A DNA stretch of 64,000 nucleotides from Azolla caroliniana (taxonomy: Eukaryota; Plantae; Polypodiophyta), in the NCBI GenBank assembly GCA_043228905.1, contig JBHGNT010000021.1, positions 62,001 through 126,000 of the forward strand, written 5' to 3'. The notes beneath the pieces were generated by a model. That model made no database searches, was not told where the DNA came from, and saw only the letters and a program-made list of their open reading frames with translations. Shown piece after piece: positions 55,460 to 64,000 of this stretch; the first letter of the stretch is position 1; each line of letters starts with the position of its first letter. The translations under genes were made by a program, and so were the position numbers.

Positions 55460-57150
55460 ATATCATAGCTAAATTAGTTACCTTCGATTCGCATTTTTAA
55501 ACCCAGAAATCCGATATCACAGGAGCCATCTATGAACATTTTCATTCATTGAGGAGCTCTTTTCTACGCCTTCCTCAAATTTGCTTTTTTATTCATTTCT
55601 GTCCACCTTAGTTTCAAAATCATGATTTTTCAATTCCATATCATGGCTAGTTTCGTATCCCTGGATTCGCATGTTTAAACCCAAACATCGGATATGACAC
55701 GAGCCATCTATAATCATTTTGATTCATTGACGAGCTCTTGTCTACGCCTTCCTCAAATTTGCTTTTTTGTTCACGTCTCTCGACCTAAGTTTCAAAATGA
55801 TTATTTTTCAAATCAAATATCATAGCTAGATTCGTTACCTTCGATTCGAGTGTTTAAACCCAAAAAATCCGATATCACATGAGCCATCTCTGAACATTTT
55901 CATTCCTTCGATTCGCCACTTTAAACCCAAAAATCCGATATCACACGAGCCATCTATGAACATTTTTATTAATTGAGGAGGTCATAGCTAGATTCGTTAC
56001 CTTCGATTCGAATGTTTAAAAGTTTCTAAATTATGATTTTCAAGTTCCATATCAGAGCTAGATTCATTACCTTCGATTCGGATTTTTAAACCCAAAAATT
56101 CGATATCACACGAGCCATCTATGAACATTTTCATTCATTGAGGAGCACTTGTCTACCCCTTCCTCAAATTTGCTTTTTTGTTCATGTCTCTCGACCTGAG
56201 TTCCGAAATCATGATTTTTCAATTCCATCTCATAGCTAGATTCGTTACCTTCGATTCGCATGTTTAAACCCAAAAATCCGAAATCACACGAGCCATCTAT
56301 GAACATTTTTATTCATTGAGGAGCTCATGTCTACGCCTTCCTCAAATTTGCTTTTGTGTTCATGTATTTCGGTCTCAGTTTCCAAATCATGATTTTTGAA
56401 CTCCATATCATACCTAGATTGGTTACCTTCGATAGGCATGTTTAAACCCAAACATCCGATATCACACGAACCATCTATGAACATTTTCAATCATTGAGGA
56501 GCTATTGTCTACGCCTTCCTCAAATTTGCTTTTTTGTTCATGTCTCTCAACCTGAGTTTCGAAATCATGATTTTTCAATTCCATATCATAGCTAGATTCG
56601 TTACTTCGATTCGCATTTTTAAACCCAAAAATCGGATATCACAAGAGTCATCTATGAACATTTTCATTCATTGAGGAACCCTTGTCTATGCCTTCCTCAA
56701 ATTTGCTTTTTTATTCATTTCTGTCCACCTTAGTTACAAAATCATCATTTTTCAATTCCATACCATGGCTAGTTTCGTTACCTTCTATTCGCATGTTTAA
56801 ACCCAAACATCGGATATCACACGAGCCATCTATGAACATTTTGATTCATTGACGAGCTCTTGACTACGCCTTCCTAAAATTTGCTTTTTTGTTCATGTCT
56901 CTCGACCTGAGTTTCAAAATCATGATTTTTGAATTCCATATCATAGCTAGATACGTTACCTTCGATTCTCAAGTTTAAACACGAAAATACGATATTACAT
57001 GAGCCATCGATGAACATTTTCATTCATTGACAAGCTCTTGTGTACGCCTTCCTCAAATTTGCTTTTTTGTTCATGTCTTTCGGTCTTAGTTTCCAAATCA
57101 TGATTTTTGAATTCCATATCATACCTAGATTTATTACCTTCGATTCGCAT
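55460..57150. repeat. Island of diverged sister-subfamily 178-bp satellite monomers (about 10 units, some truncated), same orientation
   Basis: Diagnostic motifs absent from the rest of the window: TAGATTCGTTACCTTCG, TTTAAACCCAAA, GAGCCATCTATG, CATTCATTGAGGAGC, TCTACGCCTTCC, TTGCTTTTTTGTTCATG. CCGATATC-like anchors at 55511, 55689, 55869, 55935, 56100, 56278, 56456, 56633, 56811, 56989 and 57167 give spacings of 178, 180, 66, 165, 178, 178, 177, 178, 178, 178. Confidence 0.95.
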
Positions 57151-57172
57151 GTTTGAACACAAAAATCCGATA

Positions 57173-57219
57173 TCATGTCTCTCGCCTGGAGTTTCGTCAT
57201 GTCTCTCGCCTGGAGTTTC
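57173..57219 (+). repeat. 23-bp direct duplication (24-bp period) at the right junction of the diverged island
   Basis: TCATGTCTCTCGCCTGGAGTTTC at 57173-57195 and 57197-57219, separated by one G. Confidence 0.95.
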
Positions 57220-58399
57220 AAAATCTTGATTTTGTAATTCCATATCATAGCTAGCGTTGTTAGCTTCGATTCGCATGTTTGAACACAAAAATCCGATATC
57301 ACACGAGCTAGGTATGAACATTTTTATTTACTCAAGGGCTCCTCTCAACTCACTCCTCAAATTTGCTAATTTCGTCATGTCTCTCGACCTGAGTTTCAAA
57401 ATCTTGATTTTTCAATTCCATATCATAGCTAGCGTTGTTAGCTTCGATTCGCATGTTTGTACACAAAATTCCGATATCACACTCGCTAGGTATGAACATT
57501 TTAATTTACTCAAGGGCTTCTCTCAACTCACTCCTCAAATTTGCTAATTTCGTCATGTCTCTCGACCTGAGTTTCAAAATCTTGATTTTTCAATTCCATA
57601 TGATAGCTAGCGTTGTTAGCTTCGATTCGCATGTTTGTACACAAAAATCCGATATCACACTCGCTAGGTATGACCATTTTAATTTACTCAAGGGCTCCTC
57701 TCAACTCACTCCTCAAATTTGCTAATTCCGTCATGACTCTCGACCTGAGTTTCAAAATCTTGCTTTTTTAATTCTAGATCATAGCTAGCGTTGTTAGGTT
57801 TGATTCGCATGTTTGAACACAAAATTCCGATATCACACGAGCTAGGTATGAACATTTTTATTTACTCAAGGGCTCCTCTCAACTCCCTCCTCAAATTTGG
57901 TAATTTCGTCATGTCTCTCGACCTTAGTTTCAAAATCTTGATTTTTTAATTCCATATCATAGCTAGCGTTGTTAGCTTCGATTCGCATGTTTGTACACAA
58001 AAATCCGATATCACACTCGCTATGTATGAACATTTTAATTTACTCAAGGGCTCCTCTCAACTCACTCCTCACAATCCGATATCACAATCGCTAGGTATGA
58101 CCATTTTAATATACTCAAGGGCTCATCTCAACTCACTCCTCAAAGTTGGTAATTTCGTCATGTCTCTCGACCTGAGTTTCAAAATCTTGATTTTTTAAGT
58201 CCATATCATAGCTAGCGTTGTTAGCTTCGATTCGCATGTTTGAACACAAAAATCCGATATCACACGAGCCAGGTATGAACATTTTAATTCACTCACGCGC
58301 TCTTCCAACCTCACTCCTCAAATTTGGTAATTTCGTCATGTCTCTCGCCTGGAGTTTCAAAATCTTGATTTTGTAATTCCATATCATAGCTAGCGTTGT

Positions 58400-61300
58400 T
58401 AGCTTCGATTCGCATGTTTGAACACAAAAATCCGATATCACACGAGCTAGGTATGAACATTTTTATTTACTCAAGGGCTCCTCTCAACTCACTCCTCAAA
58501 TTTGCTAATTTCGTCATGTCTCTCGACCTGAGTTTCAAAATCTTGATTTTTCAATTCCATATCATAGCTAGCGTTGTTAGCTTCGATTCGCATGTTTGTA
58601 CACAAAATTCCGATATCACACTCGCTAGGTATGAACATTTTAATTTACTCAAGGGCTTCTCTCAACTCACTCCTCAAATTTGGAAATTTCGTCATGTCTC
58701 TCGACCTGAGTTTCAAAATCTTGATTTTTCAATTCCATATGATAGCTAGCGTTGTTAGCTTCGATTCGCATGTTTGTACACAAAAATCCGATATCACACT
58801 CGCTAGGTATGACCATTTTAATTTACTCAAGGGCTCCTCTCAACTCACTCCTCAAATTTGCTAATTCCGTCATGACTCTCGACCTGAGTTTCAAAATCTT
58901 GCTTTTTTAATTCTAGATCATAGCTAGCGTTGTTAGGTTTGATTCGCATGTTTGAACACAAAATTCCGATATCACACTCGCTAGGTATGAACATTTTTAT
59001 TTACTCAAGGGCCCCTCTCAACTCCCTCCTCAAATTTGGTAATTTCGTCATGTCTCTCGACCTTAGTTTCAAAATCTTGATTTTTTAATTCCATATCATA
59101 GCTAGCGTTGTTAGCTTCGATTCGCATGTTTGTACACAAAAATCCGATATCACACTCGCTATGTATGAACATTTTAATTTACTCAAGGGCTCCTCTCAAC
59201 TCACTCCTCAAATTTGGTAATTTCGTCATGTCTCTCGACCTGAGTGTCAAAATCTTGATTTTTTAATTCTATATCATAGCTAGCGTTGTTAGCTTCGATT
59301 CGCATGTTTGAACACAAAAATCCGATATCACACGAGCCAGGTATGAACATTTTAATTTACCTAATAGCTCTTCTTAACTCCCTCCTCAAATTTGGTAATT
59401 TCGTCATGTCTCTCGACCTGAGTTTCATAATCTTGATATTTTAATTCCATGTCATAGCTAGCGTTGTTAGCTTCGATTCGCATGTTTGTACACAAAAATC
59501 CGATATCACACTCGCTAGGTATGACCATTTTAATTTACTCAAGGGCTCCTCTCAACTCACTCCTCAAATTTGCTAATTTCGTCATGTCTCTCGACCTGAG
59601 TTTCAAAATCTTGATTTTTTAATTGCATATCATAGCTAGCGTTGTTGGCTTCGATTCGCATGTTTGAACACAAAAATCGGATATCACAATCGCTAGGTAT
59701 GACCATTTTAATATACTCAAGGGCTCATCTCAACTCACTCCTCAAAGTTGGTAATTTCGTCATGTCTCTCGACCTGAGTTTCAAAATCTTGATTTTTTAA
59801 GTCCATATCATAGCTAGCGTTGTTAGCTTCGATTCGCATGTTTGAACACAAAAATCCGATATCACACGAGCCAGGTACGAACATTTTAATTCACTCACGC
59901 GCTCTTCCAACCTCACTCCTCAAATTTGGTAATTTCGTCATGTCTCTCGCCTGGAGTTTCAAAATCTTGATTTTGTAATTCCATATCATAGCTAGCGTTG
60001 TTAGCTTCGATTCGCATGTTTGAACACTAAAATCCGATATCACACGAGCTAGGTATGAACATTTTTATTTACTCAAGGGCTCCTCTCAACTCACTCCTCA
60101 AATTTGCTAATTTCGTCATGTCTCTCGACCTGAGTTTCAAAATCTTGATTTTTCAATTCCATATCATAGCTAGCGTTGTTAGCTTCGATTCGCATGTTTG
60201 TACACAAAATTCCGATATCACACTCGCTAGGTATGAACATTTTAATTTACTCAAGGGCTTCTCTCAACTCACTCCTCAAATTTGCTAATTTCGTCATGTC
60301 TCTCGACCTGAGTTTCAAAATCTTGATTTTTCAATTCCATATGATAGCTAGCGTTGTTAGCTTCGATTCGCATGTTTGTACACAAAAATCCGATATCACA
60401 CTCGCTAGGTATGACCCTTTTAATTTACTCAAGGGCTCCTCTCAACTCACTCCTCAAATTTGCTAATTCCGTCATGACTCTCGACCTGAGTTTCAAAATC
60501 TTGCTTTTTTAATTCTAGATCATAGCTAGCGTTGTTAGGTTTGATTCGCATGTTTGAACACAAAATTCCGATATCACACTCGCTAGGTATGAACATTTTA
60601 ATTTACTCAAGGGCCCCTCTCAACTCCCTCCTCAAATTTGGTAATTTCGTCATGTCTCTCGACCTTAGTTTCAAAATCTTGATTTTTTAATTCCATATCA
60701 TAGCTAGCGTTGTTGGCTTCGAATCGCATGTTTGAACACAAAAATCCGATATCACACGAGCCAGGTATGAACATTTTAATTCACTCACGCGCTCTTCCAA
60801 CCTCACTCCTCAAATTTGGTAATTTCGTCATGTCTCTCGCCTGGAGTTTCAAAATCTTGATTTTGTAATTCCATATCATAGCTAGCGTTGTTAGCTTCGA
60901 TTCGCATGTTTGAACACAAAAATCCGATATCACACGAGCTAGGTATGAACATTTTTATTTACTCAAGGGCTCCTCTCAACTCACTCCTCAAATTTGCTAA
61001 TTTCGTCATGTCTCTCGACCTGAGTTTCAAAATCTTGATTTTTCAATTCCATATCATAGCTAGCGTTGTTAGCTTCGATTCGCATGTTTGTACACAAAAT
61101 TCCGATATCACACTCGCTAGGTATGAACATTTTAATTTACTCAAGGGCTTCTCTCAACTCACTCCTCAAATTTGCTAATTTCGTCATGTCTCTCGACCTG
61201 AGTTTCAAAATCTTGATTTTTCAATTCCATATGATAGCTAGCGTTGTTAGCTTCGATTCGCATGTTTGTACACAAAAATCCGATATCACACTCGCTAGGT

Positions 61301-64000
61301 ATGACCCTTTTAATTTACTCAAGGGCTCCTCTCAACTCACTCCTCAAATTTGGTAATTTCGTCATGTCTCTCGACCTGAGTGTCAAAATCTTGATTTTTT
61401 AATTCTATATCATAGCTAGCGTTGTTAGCTTCGATTCGCATGTTTGAACACAAAAATCCGATATCACACGAGCCAGGTATGAACATTTTAATTTACCTAA
61501 TAGCTCTTCTTAACTCCCTCCTCAAATTTGGTAATTTCGTCATGTCTCTCGACCTGAGTTTCATAATCTTGATTTTTTAATTCCATGTCATAGCTAGCGT
61601 TGTTAGCTTCGATTCGCATGTTTGTACACAAAAATCCGATATCACACGAGCTAGGTATGAACATTTTTATTTACTCAAGGGCTCCTCTCAACTCACTCCT
61701 CAAATTTGCTAATTTCGTCATGTCTCTCGACCTGAGTTTCAAAATCTTGATTTTTTAATTCCATATCATAGCTAGCGTTGTTAGCTTCGATTCGCATGTT
61801 TGTACACAAAATTCCGATATCACACTCGCTAGGTATGAACATTTTAATTTACTCAAGGGCTTCTCTCAACTCACTCCTCAAATTTGCTAATTTCGTCATG
61901 TCTCTCGACCTGAGTTTCAAAATCTTGATTTTTCAATTCCATATGATAGCTAGCGTTGTTAGCTTCGATTCGCATGTTTGTACACAAAAATCCGATATCA
62001 CACTCGCTAGGTATGACCATTTTAATTTACTCAAGGGCTCCTCTCAACTCACTCCTCAAATTTGCTAATTCCGTCATGACTCTCGACCTGAGTTTCAAAA
62101 TCTTGCTTTTTTAATTCTAGATCATAGCTAGCGTTGTTAGGTTTGATTCGCATGTTTGAACACAAAATTCCGATATCACACTCGCTAGGTATGAACATTT
62201 TTATTTACTCAAGGGCCCCTCTCAACTCCCTCCTCAAATTTGGTAATTTCGTCATGTCTCTCGACCTTAGTTTCAAAATCTTGATTTTTTAATTCCATAT
62301 CATAGCTAGCGTTGTTAGCTTCGATTCGCATGTTTGTACACAAAAATCCGATATCACACTCGCTATGTATGAACATTTTAATTTACTCAAGGGCTCCTCT
62401 CAACTCACTCCTCAAATTTGGTAATTTCGTCATGTCTCTCGACCTGAGTGTCAAAATCTTGATTTTTTAATTCTATATCATAGCTAGCGTTGTTAGCTTC
62501 GATTCGCATGTTTGAACACAAAAATCCGATATCACACGAGCCAGGTATGAACATTTTAATTTACCTAATAGCTCTTCTTAACTCCCTCCTCAAATTTGGT
62601 AATTTCGTCATGTCTCTCGACCTGAGTTTCATAATCTTGATATTTTAATTCCATGTCATAGCTAGCGTTGTTAGCTTCGATTCGCATGTTTGTACACAAA
62701 AATCCGATATCACACTCGCTAGGTATGACCATTTTAATTTACTCAAGGGCTCCTCTCAACTCACTCCTCAAATTTGCTAATTTCGTCATGTCTCTCGACC
62801 TGAGTTTCAAAATCTTGATTTTTTAATTGCATATCATAGCTAGCGTTGTTGGCTTCGATTCGCATGTTTGAACACAAAAATCGGATATCACAATCGCTAG
62901 GTATGACCATTTTAATATACTCAAGGGCTCATCTCAACTCACTCCTCAAAGTTGGTAATTTCGTCATGTCTCTCGACCTGAGTTTCAAAATCTTGATTTT
63001 TTAAGTCCATATCATAGCTAGCGTTGTTAGCTTCGATTCGCATGTTTGAACACAAAAATCCGATATCACACGAGCCAGGTATGAACATTTTAATTCACTC
63101 ACGCGCTCTTCCAACCTCACTCCTCAAATTTGGTAATTTCGTCATGTCTCTCGCCTGGAGTTTCAAAATCTTGATTTTGTAATTCCATATCATAGCTAGC
63201 GTTGTTAGCTTCGATTCGCATGTTTGAACACTAAAATCCGATATCACACGAGCTAGGTATGAACATTTTTATTTACTCAAGGGCTCCTCTCAACTCACTC
63301 CTCAAATTTGCTAATTTCGTCATGTCTCTCGACCTGAGTTTCAAAATCTTGATTTTTCAATTCCATATCATAGCTAGCGTTGTTAGCTTCGATTCGCATG
63401 TTTGTACACAAAATTCCGATATCACACTCGCTAGGTATGAACATTTTAATTTACTCAAGGGCTTCTCTCAACTCACTCCTCAAATTTGCTAATTTCGTCA
63501 TGTCTCTCGACCTGAGTTTCAAAATCTTGATTTTTCAATTCCATATGATAGCTAGCGTTGTTAGCTTCGATTCGCATGTTTGTACACAAAAATCCGATAT
63601 CACACTCGCTAGGTATGACCCTTTTAATTTACTCAAGGGCTCCTCTCAACTCACTCCTCAAATTTGCTAATTCCGTCATGACTCTCGACCTGAGTTTCAA
63701 AATCTTGCTTTTTTAATTCTAGATCATAGCTAGCGTTGTTAGGTTTGATTCGCATGTTTGAACACAAAATTCCGATATCACACTCGCTAGGTATGAACAT
63801 TTTAATTTACTCAAGGGCCCCTCTCAACTCCCTCCTCAAATTTGGTAATTTCGTCATGTCTCTCGACCTTAGTTTCAAAATCTTGATTTTTTAATTCCAT
63901 ATCATAGCTAGCGTTGTTGGCTTCGAATCGCATGTTTGAACACAAAAATCCGATATCACACGAGCCAGGTATGAACATTTTAATTCACTCACGCGCTCTT
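58400..64000. repeat. 18-monomer higher-order duplication (3204 bp), second copy running off the window
   Basis: AATTGCATAT at 59621/62825, AACACTAAAA at 60023/63227, CTTCGAATCG at 60717/63921; ORFs 58574/61778, 60055/63259, 60176/63380. Confidence 0.92.

Larger units (their letters stand above)
57151..64000. repeat. Tandem satellite array, 178-bp monomer (main subfamily), right block; continues past the window end
   Basis: Same consensus and same monomer variants as the left block; 178-bp period (57257/57435, 60888/61066). Confidence 0.98.

Noticed and set aside
55460-57150. Transposon or retroelement insertion
   Set aside because: The island aligns end to end with the satellite monomer. 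It has no terminal inverted repeats, LTRs, poly(A) or coding capacity. The 23-bp duplication lies on one side only, so it is not a target-site duplication.
56106-57321. Minus-strand ORFs in the island (MFIDGSCD..., 108 aa and 92 aa)
   Set aside because: They are translations of diverged monomers and of the junction duplication; the ETPGERHD repeat reflects the 24-bp period.
1361-63670. Dozens of near-identical 67-117 aa ORFs (MLASIRMF...) on + and some on -
   Set aside because: They start at the same monomer position (mostly TTG) and overlap each other in different frames. They exist only where a variant removes a stop (e.g. TTTTAA>TTTCAA) and show no recognisable domain. They are artefacts of the satellite.
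1-64000. CRISPR array or repeat-spacer cassette system
   Set aside because: There are no unique spacers: the variable segments are homologous, recurring alleles. The unit is 178 bp and there are no cas or recombinase genes.
1-64000. Inversion or strand switch within the array
   Set aside because: All monomers, including those in the island, read in the same orientation; no reverse-complement units were seen.

Overview
The whole 64 kb is one head-to-tail tandem satellite array with a 178-bp monomer (about 360 copies, about 37% GC by hand count of the consensus), all in the same orientation. It is typical of eukaryotic centromeric or pericentromeric satellite DNA. I see no genes, RNA genes, transposons or CRISPR array, and the ORFs in the track are artefacts of the repeat. 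I cannot assign a species or a named satellite family, and it does not match my recollection of Arabidopsis CEN178. Four kinds of structure stand out. (1) About nine recurring monomer variants follow an underlying 9-mer order, reshuffled into local duplications with offsets of 3-34 monomers. (2) A ~1.7-kb island (55460-57150) belongs to a diverged sister 178-bp subfamily (roughly 85% consensus identity) and has sharp, rearranged junctions, including a microhomology-flanked templated duplication. (3) A distinct variant layer occupies the first ~4.9 kb. (4) A few indels break the 178-bp phase. I found no evidence for a novel protein-coding system; the island and its junctions are the most interesting signal.
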